Below, piece after piece: positions 19,901-31,819 of a stretch of 35,144 nucleotides of DNA; the first letter of the stretch is position 1; every line of letters begins with the position of its first letter. The stretch is from contig NC_067403.1 in assembly GCF_016432865.1 (NCBI RefSeq), positions 256,708,857 through 256,744,000 of the forward strand, written 5' to 3'. The notes beneath the pieces are model-generated. The model made no database searches, was not told the origin of the DNA, and saw only the letters and a program-made list of their open reading frames with translations. The translations under genes were made by a program, and so were the position numbers. The stretch comes from Antechinus flavipes. Its lineage: Eukaryota.

Positions 19901-22900
19901 GTGGGTCCAAGAGCTTGACTTGGTCACAAAAGGTGAAACAAACGATTTCTATAAAATGAAAAAGCTTTTGCACAAATGAAATCAATGCAACTAGTAAAAG
20001 ACAGGAAGCAGTTGGACTGGGAAAAAGCCTTTTCCTCCAATATCTCTGGGAAGGGTTTGAGACAAGGGCCATAAGACACAGACACAAATAGACAAGACTA
20101 AGAGCTATTCCTCAGTAGCCGAGTAATCCAAGGAAATCAGCCAACGGCCTTGGGGTCCAAGCCCTCCTTCTCACTCCCTGTGTGACTTTGGGTAAGAAGC
20201 TTTAGTTTCCTGGGCCTGATTTCCTCAATGAGGGGAACTCCCAGCCCTAAAACTCTGACCCTTGGAATACGGCTCCAAGTCCCCGTGACCTTTGGTCCCC
20301 CCAACCCCCTTTAGAGGGCCCGAACCTGCCACATCCTGGGGGCAGAAAATTGCTGAATGGTTCCCCGTAGAAGGTGGGAGGTCCTGAGGGAGAACGGAAG
20401 CAGTGCTGGACTTGGACAGGAGGGACCTGGCCTCTTGCCGGTCCTCTGAGCCCCGGTCTCGGTCCTGTCTTCCCTCCCTGTGGGAAGGAAAGACTTTCTA
20501 ATCCTTCCCATCGTGTAGAAGTGGGCACCGGGTCAGTGTTGCTGGTGTGTGAGCCTCCTCCATAGTCACCGTCGTTCTCTATCCCCCCCACCTACTTCCC
20601 TGGTGGACGGGGCGGGGGGGAGTGGGGACTCACAGATCGGCCGCTCTACGGAGAACATGATCGACTTCGTGGTCACCGACACGACCCCCGGGGGAGTAGC
20701 CGGGGAGGGCCCCGCTGCCCAGAGCACCATCTCGCGGTACGCCTGCCGGGTCATCTGTGAGCGCTGGCCCCCCTACACTGCACGGATCTACGCCGCTGGT
20801 TTCGATGCTTCCAGCAACATCTTCCTTGGAGTGAGTGAGTCCCACAGGGACGGACTCGGGGCTGGAGTGGGGGGGTGATACGAGGGTCGGGGGGGCGGCC
20901 TTGGAGAATAATGGCAGCCGCAGAGCAGACAGGGGCCGGGCCTGCTTGGGCTCACAAATAGATGGTGAAAGTCAGGTTTGGAAGGGGTGGGGTCTGGGAT
21001 CCAGATGGGACCAGTCGATTCCCCCTTGGAATCAATAAATTATAGGGACTTCCTATTACTTCCAAGGCCAAATACAGGCCTTCAACAAACCATGAGATCC
21101 TGATCTAACCTTCTTTTCTAGCCCTCCTAGATTCCCCTACACACCCTCTAAGGTTTATTCACAGGCACCCATAGCAACCCATTTCTCACCTCTTTTTCTT
21201 TGCACTAATTTTCCCTCAGGCTTAGCTAGTCCTCCCTCCTCCCCTCTGCTTCTTACCCAGAAGCCTTTTCTGATCCTCCACCACGATCCTCTTGTTTTGT
21301 TTCTACCTACATGTGTGTGCCCTCTCCATAAGGCTTCCCTGATAGAGTATAATCTCCGTGAAGGTGGGGACGATTTCATTTATCACCCAGAGTCTAATAC
21401 TGGGCCTGGAACATAGTAGGTGCTTAATAAATGCTTATTCACTCATTCAACAAACAGTAAGCTTCTACTGTATACAGAGCACTGTGCTAGATTTTGAGAG
21501 AAAGTGTTCACATCTAAACTTGAAATTGAGATAAGATATCCCTGCCCTTGGGAGCATGGAACTGAGGAGGGGGGTGAAATGCAGATAGAGATGTATTATA
21601 ATAGCCAACATTTCAGGCACAGTGTACCAGGCAGGTACAGACAGTGCTCTGTGAATAGGAAGGGGAGGTTGTTACTGACCAAATGGGGATCCCATCTTCC
21701 TTTGGGGAAGCTGTACCCGAGCTGGGCCCTGAACAACAACGACACTTCAGCAGTTCAGTTCGACATTTTTACATGCCTACTGTGTGTAAAGTACTTACCA
21801 GGGTCTAGGAAGGCAGGAACAAAACCTGGCCTCAAGGGGAATATCACAAAGTCAGGAAATACATGATAGGGAAAGGAATCATAACAGAGAGACCCGGTAG
21901 AGGAACTCTGGGTAAATTTGAGGAGGGGGAGAGGAACTCAGGAAAGGCTTCTTAGTGGAGCCTGAGCTGAGCCTGAAGGGAAAAAAGGATTACTAAAGAT
22001 GCTCAGGAAGATCAATCAATTCATAAACATTTATTAAACGCTGCCTGTATGCCAGGCCCTGTGCTAAGTGCTGAGGATGCAAAAAGTGGCAAAAGGCAGT
22101 CCCCTGCCCTCAAGGAGCTCTGACTCTAATGGGAGCAGGGGATCAGGCCGGAGCCTGGATTCATGAATCCCTGGCCCAAAAGGGAGGGAGAGCGTTCCGG
22201 ACAGGGACCAGGCTGCCCGGAGTTAACGCCTCAGAGAGTGTGACTGCTTGTCCCCGGTACCAGGAGCGGGCAGCCAAGTGGCGGACTCCCGACGGGCTGA
22301 TGGACGGCCTGACCACCAATGGTGTTCTGGTGATGCACCCTGCCGGCGGCTTCTCCGAGGGCTCCATGCCTGGTGTCTGGAGGGAAATCTCCGTCTGCGG
22401 AAACGTGTATACTCTGCGGGATAGCCGCTCTGCCCAGCAGCGGGGGAAGCTGGTAGGGGTCCTGCAGCTGGGGGTGGGTTCGGTCACCCTGGGCCCCGTA
22501 GGGACTGCTGGGACTCCCAGGACGGCTGCCCTCTGACCCTTCTGTCCATCCAGAATCTCAGTCCGCGGCCTAGTGCGGCAGGAGACAGCTCCGTGGAGGT
22601 TGGGGGCAGGGGAGCAAGGAGGCAGAATTTATGAGAAATCTCTTTCCTGAGTCAGAAGCCCAGACTTAAAGCCCAGGGACCTCTGGCAGGTGCTAAATAC
22701 CCTACTGTATCATTTCACAAAAGGGAAAAAAATATCAGAATGGGAGGGACCTTAGAACATGGAATACCCGTCCTATAGAGAGCTTAGAACATGGAATATC
22801 AGGACATGAAATATCCAAATGTGGGGAGAGGCTGCCTTCGAACAGTTTCCTCCTTGTAAAATGCGGTTGCTAATGGCAGTGCCACCAGCAGGTGCCGCGA

Positions 22901-25900
22901 GGGTGGGGGGAGATCACGGGCATGAAGGCCCGCAGGACTGAGAGATAAATAGACGAGGCTCCTCTGTCTGCAGCTGGACGTGCAGCCTGAGCAGGCGGGC
23001 TTGGCGGGGACAAGGCCCAGAAGGAACTGGGGCTACAGGCCTGCTGGTTTCCTGGGTGTTAGAGCAGGATTATATTTGGAGAGACCCTCTAGGCCAGTAA
23101 CCCCTTCATTTTACAAATGGAGAAACTGAGACCTGGAAAGAGGAAGGTCAAAGAATCAAGGAGTGGTAAGGGACCTCAGCTGAAGCGTGAAGGGAATCCC
23201 CATCATGGGGTCATATTCTGTGCTCCAAGACCCTGAGAGGAGGTCAGATGAGGTCAGAACATGGGAGCCATCCTCACCTTCTTCCTGTGATCCTCTCAGT
23301 GCAGCCCAGCTAGTCTCTCCATACTGACAGGTATAGAGTCTGCAATCCATTAAGAAACTTCAAACTTTTTTTTTTTTGCTGAGGCAATTGGGGTTAAGTG
23401 ACTTGCCCAGGGTCACGCAGCTAGGCCGTGTTAAGTGTCTTGAGAGCAAATTTGAACTCGGGTCCTCCTGAATTCAAGGCTGGTGCTCTGTCCACTACAC
23501 CACCTAGCTGCCCCTACCTCAAATCTTTTTTGACAAACTAGTGATACCCCTCCCTCATCGTTGTGGAACAGAATTTTGAACCCTACTGAATTTCTTCTTT
23601 AAAAACCGGTTTTGGGGGGCAGCTTTCACTTAACCCCAATTGCCTCAACATTTAAAAAAAAAAGAAAGAAAAAAGAAAGAAAAACCGGTTTTTATTGAAA
23701 TTTTCTGGTTTTTATATCTCCAGAGCAGCCCATTTCCCTCCCCTTCCCCTTCACAGAGAACCATTCTACAACACAGTTTTGTTTTGTTTTTTTAGAAAGA
23801 AAAAAAAAAATAGCACAACTGATCACTACATCGACAAAGTCCAAAAAACCCATGCAGAGTGTATGACCTCCCACCTCAAAGGGGCAGGTTAGGGGCAATC
23901 TCCCCATCTGTCTTCATCCCAGTTCCACATAATAAGTTACATCATTTTGTTACATTTACTTCAGATTTTTGGTGTCTGTTCTATTTACATTGTTAGGGTC
24001 ACCGTGCAGGTTATTCCTGGGTTCTGCATCAGTTCAGATAGTTTTCCAGGCTTCTTTATAATGTTGATCACACACATCATTTGTTTCAGCGCAGTAATTT
24101 TCTTTTATATTTATGTATCACAATTTGTTTGGCCATTCCCCAATCGATGGGACATCTGCTTCCATTTTTTATCTATTACAGAAAGTTCTACTATAAACAT
24201 TGGAGTATATGGGGACTTTCTACTTATTGATGGATTTCATGGTAAAAAGTCTCTGGTTCAATGGGCAAAGATATTTTAATTAATTTATTTGCATAATAAC
24301 AAATTGCTTTCCAAATGGTTGTACCATTTCATAGGTCCACCCACAATGGATGAGTATGCCTATCTTTCCCCAACCTTTCCATTGTGTCTTATTTCCAGAA
24401 TAATCCAATGAGTGCAGGTGTCGGAGAGGACTCCGTCCCATGTAGGGCCTCTCTCTCACCAGGTCCCTGATTATGCAGCCCGTATTGATCTATACCTGCA
24501 CTGGCCTGGAAAACTCCATTCTCCACACTGCCAGATGTTAGCTGCCCCCAGGGATTTCTTCCTTTCTGCACAAGTAGAATTTTCAAGTACCAACACCCCT
24601 CAGACCCTTCTGCTGTAAGGTCCTCATCCCTCTTCATTGATCATCTCTTTTCACTCATAGAAACAGTCATCGGTGGAATCTCTACCATCTCCACAATTTA
24701 TTTCTTTTCCTTCTGTCTTTCAATATTTTCCCCTCCTCTTCCCCCACTCCCTATAGACTCTTCTCTTCCTGAGACCACAGAGGTCCCCTTCCCCTTATTG
24801 TCAGTCTTTGATTTGACCTGGTCCATCACTCCCTCCTCTTTATCCCCCTGCTCCCCTCCCCCTTTATGTACCCTCCCATGTTGTAATGTAGTCCCTCAGA
24901 AGCAGCATTCTCTTGGAGCCAGAGGTGTCTTCAGTCCACCACTGCACTGATGCTCTATCAGATTTCTGTCCTCACTCATGTCTCCTTGTGAACTTTTAGG
25001 GAGAAATCTCTTTCTGGTCTCCCTATTGTCACTATTGCTGTTGTTACCCTTGCCTGCTGTATTCATTTCCCTTTTCTGCATTTCTATTTTGGGGGTATTT
25101 GAGAACTCTCTTCAGTTCTGTTTTTCTTCCTATAATGTTTCAAGCTCTTCTTTATTACTGAACTTTCATCTTTGGTTCTCCATGGTTAAGCTCAGATTTG
25201 CCGGATAAGTCACCCTGGGCTGCATCCTGAGCACCTGCTCTTCAGAAAATATTATTCCATTCTCTCCTTCTTTTCTAGTGGATGCAGAATAGTCTTGCTT
25301 TGTCCAAAATACCTTTTCCTTTGTATTGGAAGATCTTTTGTCCTATGACTTGCAGAACCTGTTGTTTGCGAATTGAATTGTTAAATTGAACCACTCTGTG
25401 TCTAAGTTTGCAGCCTTGTTTTTTTTCCTGAAGTCAATCTGAATTCTTTCATTTGGAATTTTATTTTCTATGTTTAGACGTTCTAGGTATCATTTTTCAA
25501 TTATTGATTTCATTATGATGTTAAGAGTTTTTATTCTGTCATGTTCTTCTGAGAAACTTATAATCCTTAGACTGTACTTTCTATCTCCAAGATCCATAAT
25601 TGTGTTTTCACGGTAAGCATTTTTTTCCTTTTATTGTTCTTGTTTTTCTTTTCTTTTCTTCTAGATTGTCTTTCACGTTTATGTGTTCGCATTCCCATTC
25701 TGTTCTCTTTTGTTTGTTTGGTGAGCTTCCCGTTACAGATCTAATTTTCCTACTCTGTTGATTAGTTTTGCTGGGCAGGCTCATAATTCTCATTTCTCTT
25801 AAGAGAATAACCAAAGAATAACATGGTGTAGTTCCATATTTTCAACTTTCACAGCATCCACTGTTAAATCATTTTTTCTTAATTTGGCAGTATTTATTCA

Positions 25901-27228
25901 CATTTGTCTGAACTCATTTATCTAGACGCTGTATTTCCTTGTTACTGTTGTTCTATTTATCTGTTTATGTCCAAGGTCTTTGAGTTTTCTTCTTTCTGAG
26001 CTCTAGTACTTAGTGTTTCCCCCCTTAATTTTCCTTATCACGTACTTCCCGCCTCCTGCCCCTCTGATTGTATCCTTGGATCTCCTAGCCTTACTGACCG
26101 TGGGAGTAAGTGGGAGGTGACAGAGGGGAACTGAGCAAGTTTAGTTCCTGGTGATTGAAGGATTTTGGTTTTTTTAAACTTTTTTTTGAATTCTGGATGT
26201 CCTAGACCATGAAGACCCCTGATGTTGCTTCATCTTTGGTGCATAATTTCTGTTTTGGAGAGGTTTGAGAGGTCCTGGGGATCCGAGAAAATATTTACCA
26301 TCTTGTGGCTAATGTGACCCAGAATTCATGCTTATTGAATTTCCCTGGGTTTCTGGACCAGGCTAGGTAAGAGTTTAGTAGACTAAGGGAAAAAAGGAGA
26401 TCATTTCAGGCATCGGGAGCCATTGTAGGCCTATCATGTAATGGGGAGAAAAGAATAATCTAAGATTAGACAGGAAATATGGCAAATAGTGACTTGGAAG
26501 CAGCCCTGGGTTTACAAGTCTAGCCGAGTGGCCTCTGACATACTCCGTGCCCTTCCTCCTAGCCCAGGACTCTTTGCTAGTGTCCGGCACCGCCTGTAAT
26601 GCTGCTAAGCTACATCCTGGAGCTCTTCCCTCTCTAACTGTGACACTGCCTTCCCCAGGTGGAGAACGAGTCCAATGTGCTTCGGGATGGCTCCCTTATC
26701 GACCTGTGTGGGGCGACCCTCCTGTGGCGCACTCCAGCTGGCCTCCTTCGGGCGCCCACCCTGAAGCAGCTGGAGGCCCAGAGGCAGGAGGCTAATGCGG
26801 CCCGTCCCCAGTGCCCCGTGGGGCTCAGCACCCTGGCTTTCCCCAGTCCGGCCCGAGGCCGAGATGTTCCCGACAAGCAGCAGCCATGGGTGTATGTACG
26901 CTGTGGTCACGTCCACGGCTACCACAGCTGGGGCTGCCGGCGGGAGCGGGGTCCACAGGAGCGCGAGTGCCCCCTGTGCCGCCTGGTGGGGCCCTATGTG
27001 CCCTTGTGGCTGGGCCAAGAGGCAGGGCTGTGTCTGGACCCTGGGCCCCCAAGCCATGCCTTTGCACCCTGTGGCCACGTTTGCTCCGAGAAGACGGCCC
27101 GCTATTGGGCCCAGACCCCGCTGCCCCACGGCACCCATGCCTTCCATGCCGCCTGTCCCTTCTGTGGGGCCTGGCTCACGGGGGAGAACGGCTGTGTCCG
27201 CCTTATCTTCCAGGGCCCGCTGGACTAG
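16771..27228 (+). CDS. PELI3: Pellino-3 E3 ubiquitin ligase, spliced CDS of 6 exons (155+130+102+195+189+570 = 1341 nt, 446 aa + stop)
   Basis: The joined exons read MVLEG...KYGELIVLG-YNGSLASGDKGRRRSRLAL...-ALSNRGQHSISYTLSRSHSVIVEY...-IGRSTENMIDFVVTD...-ERAAKWRTPDGLMDGLTTNGVLVMHP...-VENESNVLRDGSLIDLCGATLLWR...RLIFQGPLD*. All introns are GT-AG with matching phases. FHA-core motifs (GRS, ISR, TTNG) and the CHC2CHC2 RING-like cysteines/histidines are intact. The N-terminal MVLEG and C-terminal QGPLD match PELI3 rather than PELI1/2 as I recall them. Confidence 0.97.
17060..17185 (+). mobile_element. MIR core copy in the PELI3 intron after coding exon 1
   Basis: CCCATTCGCTTTACAGAAGGATAAACTGAGGCCCAAAGAGAGG...GGTGGCAGAGC...GAACCCA aligns by eye to the MIR core (antisense to the MIR consensus, reading as TTTACAGATGAGGAAACTGAGG on the gene strand). 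Confidence 0.7.
18101..18230 (+). CDS. PELI3: PELI3 coding exon 2 (130 nt)
   Basis: tctccccgcag|C TAC AAC GGG...TCC AAA|gtaagg; YNGSLASGDKGRRRSRLALSRRPQANGVKPDVVHHISTPLVSK. Confidence 0.97.
18355..18456 (+). CDS. PELI3: PELI3 coding exon 3 (102 nt)
   Basis: catccccag|GCG CTG...TTC CAG|gtatgg; ALSNRGQHSISYTLSRSHSVIVEYTHDNDTDMFQ. Confidence 0.97.
18548..19064. other. Assembly gap (517 N) next to a CT-rich tract
   Basis: Direct reading. Confidence 1.
19925..20150 (+). mobile_element. Degenerate L1 ORF2 fragment
   Basis: AAAAGCTTTTGCACAAATGAAATCAATGCAACT...TGGGAAAAAGCC resembles the L1 ORF2 KSFCTNK.NA...WEKIF region. Confidence 0.6.
20636..20830 (+). CDS. PELI3: PELI3 coding exon 4 (195 nt)
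   Basis: ctcacag|ATC GGC CGC...CTT GGA|gtgagt; IGRSTENMIDFVVTDTTPGGVAGEGPAAQSTISRYACRVICERWPPYTARIYAAGFDASSNIFLG. Confidence 0.96.
22010..22135 (-). mobile_element. L2 3' end relic
   Basis: TCAATCAAT...CATTTATTAAAC...TGCCAGGCCCTGTGCTAAGTGCT...GCCCTCAAGGAGCT. Confidence 0.7.
22264..22452 (+). CDS. PELI3: PELI3 coding exon 5 (189 nt)
   Basis: gtaccag|GAG CGG...AAG CTG|gtaggg; ERAAKWRTPDGLMDGLTTNGVLVMHPAGGFSEGSMPGVWREISVCGNVYTLRDSRSAQQRGKL. Confidence 0.97.
23366..23514 (-). mobile_element. Young marsupial CORE-SINE in the last PELI3 intron
   Basis: polyT followed by GCTGAGGCAATTGGGGTTAAGTGACTTGCCCAGGGTCAC...CACCTAGCTGCCCC. Confidence 0.9.
23690..24390 (-). mobile_element. Old L1 3' portion
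   Basis: Antisense L1 ORF2-end/3'UTR motifs (TTGTTTGGCCATTCCCCAATCGATGGG, AAATTGCTTTCCAAATGGTTG). Confidence 0.65.
24900..26380 (-). mobile_element. Degenerate L1 ORF1-like / HAL1-like relic (bounds approximate)
   Basis: The minus strand near 25189-25225 reads MQPRVTYPANLS, preceded by QDYSAST. These match the L1 ORF1p C-terminal motifs LQPRITYPAKLS and QDLAAST. Confidence 0.6.
26659..27228 (+). CDS. PELI3: PELI3 last coding exon (RING-like domain, TAG stop)
   Basis: ttccccag|GTG GAG AAC; contains CGH...CPLC...CGHVC...CPFC and ends QGPLD*. Confidence 0.98.
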   Translation: MENESNVLRDGSLIDLCGATLLWRTPAGLLRAPTLKQLEAQRQEANAARPQCPVGLSTLAFPSPARGRDVPDKQQPWVYVRCGHVHGYHSWGCRRERGPQERECPLCRLVGPYVPLWLGQEAGLCLDPGPPSHAFAPCGHVCSEKTARYWAQTPLPHGTHAFHAACPFCGAWLTGENGCVRLIFQGPLD

Positions 27229-28549
27229 GGCAGGAGTGAGGCTCTCCTGGCCCCAGACTGAGGTCCCCCAGCTCTGGGACCCAGGTCTCTTACCTCCTGC
27301 TGTATCAGATTGGAGAGAGGGGACGGCCGTCTGGGGCTGTCACGCTGGGACCGAAAGACGTCTCCAGCTCTGGCCGCACTGACTAGTGATGTCTGTGAGA
27401 TGAAGTGGTTCCCCCCCAGGACGTCTGCCTGGATGGGCACTTAGACTGAGGGGGGTCCAGGTGGGGGAGGGACACAGATCCGACTCCCCGATCTGCATCC
27501 GCTTCCAGCGATGGCTCCCCCGGACTGGCCAAGGGGAGGTCTCTGTGGCTCTCCCCCATTCACCATCTGGTGGACAGAGTCCCTGGCGCCCGGATTTCCC
27601 CTCTCGCTTCATCAGATCCAACGTCCAGGCTGCTCCCGGGGACGCCTCCGCCCCGCACGTCTCCCATCATGCCGTGTAACACTGTGCCCTGGCGGAAGGG
27701 AAGGAGGGAATCTGGGAGGGTGGCATCCCCTCCCCCCCTGCCCTACCGTGCTGCTCGCCCCTGGCAGAAGAGTCGTCCCAGGCCTGAGCCCTTTGCCAGC
27801 TCCAACTGCTCAGATTTTCCTGCTGCTATTCCCCGGGTCTCTTTATAAACCTCACTGCTCGGCTGCCCTTCTCTGGTGTCCTTTGCTGATCATGGGGGGA
27901 GGGAGGGACCCAGAGAATGAAGCCAAATGAACCCCTCCCTGACCGCCAGGAGGAGTGCTGGGAGATGGAGACAAGAGCCATGGGAAAGGGAAGAAGCATG
28001 GGGAAAGCCCGACCGGATACGCCCTGAGCTCTAGAGCTAATCAGGAGTGAAAAGCCCCCTTTCTCTGCCCTCCCAGCATGCAGGGGCCCATCCTGTCCTA
28101 GGTCACATGGTACGCAGTAGGTCCACAATCAGTTCTGACACCCGATAGCTTCCCCAGGTATGTCTCAGTTGTGTGTCTGCATCTGGGGCTGTGACCTGGA
28201 AGAGACTCCAATGGCTAATCAAGAAAGAGAGACATGGGTCATCTCCCTACCAAGAGGAGAGTGACGGAGGCTTGGCTCAGAGATTTGAGTATCACGTGCA
28301 AGTTGTGTCTATGGGGCGATAAGAAGCCTCTGTCCTGGTCCCCATCTTTGTGGAGCCCCCGGTGGAGGGAGGGAGGGAGCCGTGTTCCACACACACATAA
28401 TCAGATAATCCCGGCGGGCAACGGCAACACTGTTGCTGCTGACGTTTGGGCCTGGGCTGAGCAGCCCCGAAGATGTCCTCGTGGAACCGGGGGCGAGGTG
28501 GGTGAGGTGAGACCCGTGGGGGGAAGAGTTCAGACATGGCTTCAGAAGT

Positions 28550-28555
28550 AATAAA
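28550..28555 (+). terminator. Probable PELI3 polyadenylation signal (3'UTR about 1.35 kb)
   Basis: First AATAAA that I found downstream of the stop codon; interspersed repeats resume shortly after it. Confidence 0.55.
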
Positions 28556-28744
28556 GGCCTCGGGATTCGGTGAGTCTGCTGCTGGAGCTGAAGCATGACG
28601 GGGTTAAATAGGATCAGGGAGCTCATTGGCGAGCAGCTTCTGAGAGCAGTAAGCATGCCAGATGCCCACGTTTATTCTTGCTAAACCAGTTTCTATTCTA
28701 TTGTTGTCCAGTCATTTAAGTTTTGCCTGGCCATCACCCCATTC

Positions 28745-28925
28745 GGGATTTTCCCGGCAAAGATGCTGGAGTGCTTTGCCTTTTCCTTCTCTAGCTTATT
28801 TTACAAATGAGGAAACTGAGGCAAGTTGGACGAGTGACCTGCCCAGAGTCACGCAGCTAGAAAGTAGATGGTGTCAGATGATTCTTCCTGACTCCACGCT
28901 GTATCCGCTGCAGCACCATCTAGCT
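28745..28925 (-). mobile_element. MIR3/MAR-family SINE
   Basis: TTTTACAAATGAGGAAACTGAGGCAAG...TGACCTGCCCAGAGTCACGCAGCTAG. Confidence 0.8.
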
Positions 28926-29344
28926 TCCCATCTATGCTGATAATATATTCATATTTCCCTAATCTTTCAGATTTGAAAAGTTCCTTCTTCAAACAGCTCT
29001 GTGAAACCGTGCAAATATTATTGCCCCATTTTATCAATAAACAGGCAGATACGTCCCCCCAGTCTCCCAGCTGAGCAATGTCAACATCAGGTCTTTCAAC
29101 TCTGCCCTTTGCCCTTTCCACTAAGCAGTCCACTTTGTTCGGCATGGGGCCAAACCGAATGTTTCTTTTGCTACGAGGTCTATCTTTTCATCTGATCCCC
29201 TGTGAGAGGCAGGAGAGTATTTTTCAGATGGGCTAGGAGCCAGGAAAGCTGAACCAAGGTCAGAACTAGAATCTGCCCCGGAGCAGGATGACGGGAGATT
29301 GCAGAGAGAGCCGGAGAGACTGGCCGTGTGGGTGACGAGGTCCA

Positions 29345-29640
29345 AAGAGATGATGGGTTACGCTAATAAGATGGAGAGTAACAAGAATAAATTAAGATCC
29401 AATACATGGGTTCAAATAATCAGCTACATAAGTCCATGGAAGAAGGTATGATTCGAAAACAGTCCCCTACAGGAAAGGGCTGGAGATTTTAGTGTCCTGA
29501 AAGCGGGAGAGCTTCACACTACTCTTCTCTGGACTGGTGGAGTATTGTGGAGGAACACTGATGAGTGTGTCCAAGGGAGCCAGATGGGAATAGGACCAAA
29601 AGTCCCGCAGAGCGCATGAGAAGCTGAGTAAAGGGCTGGG
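29345..29640 (+). mobile_element. CR1/L3 LINE relic (a similar piece lies at about 30960-31140)
   Basis: AATAAGATG...AATAAAT..AAG...TGGGTTCAAA.AATCA and AAAAGATGAAAT...AATAAATGTAAAGT...GGACAGCAGTTC resemble the L3 RT 3' region. Confidence 0.55.
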
Positions 29641-30299
29641 GATGGGGCGGGGTGGAGTGATTGGACTCGCTCGGATTGATCCAAGAGCTGAAGGAGGAAT
29701 AAGGCAAAAAAAATCATGGAGAGGCAGGTTCCGGCTCAAAGATTCCTAATCATTCCAATGCTCCCAGAGGAGGAGGGGCTGCTTCTGTGGCCAGAAGATT
29801 CTTCTTCCCTGGAACACTTTGGGCAGAATCAAGATGATTCTTTGACGTTCACCCAAATGCTTCTCAGGTCCTTTCCAGATCATGGTGTGACTGTATCCCT
29901 ATTCCTGGCGCCTCGCACAGTTATTGCCACACAATAGGCACTTAATAAATCTTGTCATTTGAATGAATGTCCGAATAATGACAATGGCATTGGCTTCAGG
30001 TGGGTTCATTGATGGAGGGCAGTTTTTTTCTTCTATAGATAAGAGGTAAGAGCACAGAATTTGGACTCAAAGGTTTACGTTTTAGTTCTGCTGTGTACCT
30101 ATGTAATCCTGGAGTGGTGACCGAACCTTTCTGGAAGTCTCAGTTTGGTCATCTGTAAAATGGATAGTTAGGTTGCTCTAGCCAAGAATTCATCAGTTCA
30201 TGGCCAGCATCCCAAAGGTGAACTTCTCCATTCTGATTTAGAAGGTAATTCTAGCCTTTGACAGATTCATCCTCCAAAACCCCTCTAAGATAATCCAAT

Positions 30300-30820
30300 T
30301 TCCTGTGCTTGCATCCCACGGGCAGTGCCGGGTCACTCCCATATCATACATCATTTCCTGTGCTTGCAGTGCAGCATCGCTTCTGCATCACACATAAGCA
30401 TCCAAGGAAAATTGGGGGTCTGGACTTGAGTAGGAGGAAGAGTGGGCCAGGTGGCCAGTGGAGTCTTGCAAAGCTCTTTTAATGACCACAAAGATCTTCC
30501 CGAGGAAGGCCTGTCTTTTTATTGCCAATCTTTTGGAGGGGCAGTATGGCTGCAAATCATGAAGTGCCATGGTCTCTGAAAAGCTGAGATGAGAAACCCT
30601 CCAAAGGTAACGGAGAGAGCTGGGGGGGAGCACAAGCAGTGGCACGTGATAATACTAAAGCATAGAAGGAAGAGTAGTAGGAATGCTCTAAAACACGTGT
30701 GAGTGACAAGAATAAGAGAGCCACTGGACAGAGAGCACTCCACTCGCGTCTTCAAGACCTCAAGAGAACTCCTCGGCATTTTGAAGGCGACATGGACACA
30801 AGCTATACAGGGGCGTGAGG
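30300..30820 (+). mobile_element. RTE-clade LINE relic (RTE1_Mars-like)
   Basis: TCTTTTAATGAC...CTGTCTTTTT...TATGGCTGCAAATCATG resembles SFND...HLF...LYGCESW; the 3' part GACATGGACACAAG resembles the marsupial RTE end. Confidence 0.55.
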
Positions 30821-31561
30821 ATCATTAGTGATGGAGTTAGAGCCAGAAGGGACTTTAGGGGCCATCTGGTCCAACTCCCTCATTTATAGATGAGGAAAAA
30901 GAGGAACACGAGCCTCAGTTTAGGGCGGTCATGAATTGTAGGAAATATCCAAGAGAATGCTCAATTGGAAAATGCGATCCAAAGAAGTCTAATGTAAAAA
31001 GATGAAATGTCATTAGAATAAATGTAAAGTTTGAAACTTGAGTCCAAAAAATCAATCATACCATTACATGACCTGGGATATATGGCCGGACAGCAGTTCC
31101 CCACGACCAAGAAATGATTTGCCCAAGCAAGTCATAGAACTAGAAGAGTGAAGAAGGAGGGTGGAAATCATAGAAGGAATACTCTAGGGAGAAGAGAAGA
31201 GAACTGGAAGACCAACTGTCATTTTGATGATAAGAAAAACAAGGGTGGGGTTAACAAAAGCAGCCTGGTAGAGTGAGCCTGGGCCTGGAGTCAGGGTACT
31301 GAGTGTGAATCTTGCCTTTGCTACAGTGACCTTTGCTACTATGAGATACAAGAATTATGGAGATTGAATGTAAATCAAATATGCTACGTTCATATCTTTT
31401 TTCTGTTTTTTTTTTTTTTCTCTTTCGTGGTTTCTGTTCAGTGGTTTTCTGTTCAGAACACGTGGTTTTGTGTTTTGAATTTTCTCTCCCCAACATAACT
31501 CGTAAAGAAATGTGTATTTAAAAAGTTAATATTAAATATTAATAAAAAAATAAAAAGAAAT

Positions 31562-31819
31562 AATCCTGCAGGATTTACAGTCAATATCCACAGTTCTTTT
31601 TCTGGCTGCAGACGGCATTTTCTGTCCAAAGTCTATCAGGATTGCAATCCTTGCCTTTGCAAACCAAGCCTTTCATAGTTGATCATCGCACATTCTTGCT
31701 GTTACTGTGTACAATATATTCCGGGTTCTACTTGTTTCTCTCGGTATCAATTCAGGTAAATCTTCCCGGGCCTTTCTAAAATCAGCATGTTCATCATTTT
31801 TTATAGAACAATATTCCAT
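31562..31819 (-). mobile_element. Older L1 ORF2 C-terminus/3'UTR fragment
   Basis: The minus strand reads MEYCSIKNDEHADFRKAREDLPELIPRETSRTRNILYTVTARMCDDQL*. Confidence 0.8.

Noticed and set aside
22880-22898. CTCF-like GCCACCAGCAGGTGCC
   Set aside because: Three mismatches in the core, and it lies inside a decayed MIR.
26795-27382. 195-aa alternative-frame ORF overlapping the last PELI3 exon
   Set aside because: A shadow frame of a GC-rich exon, starting from a GC-rich internal ATG; no independent support.
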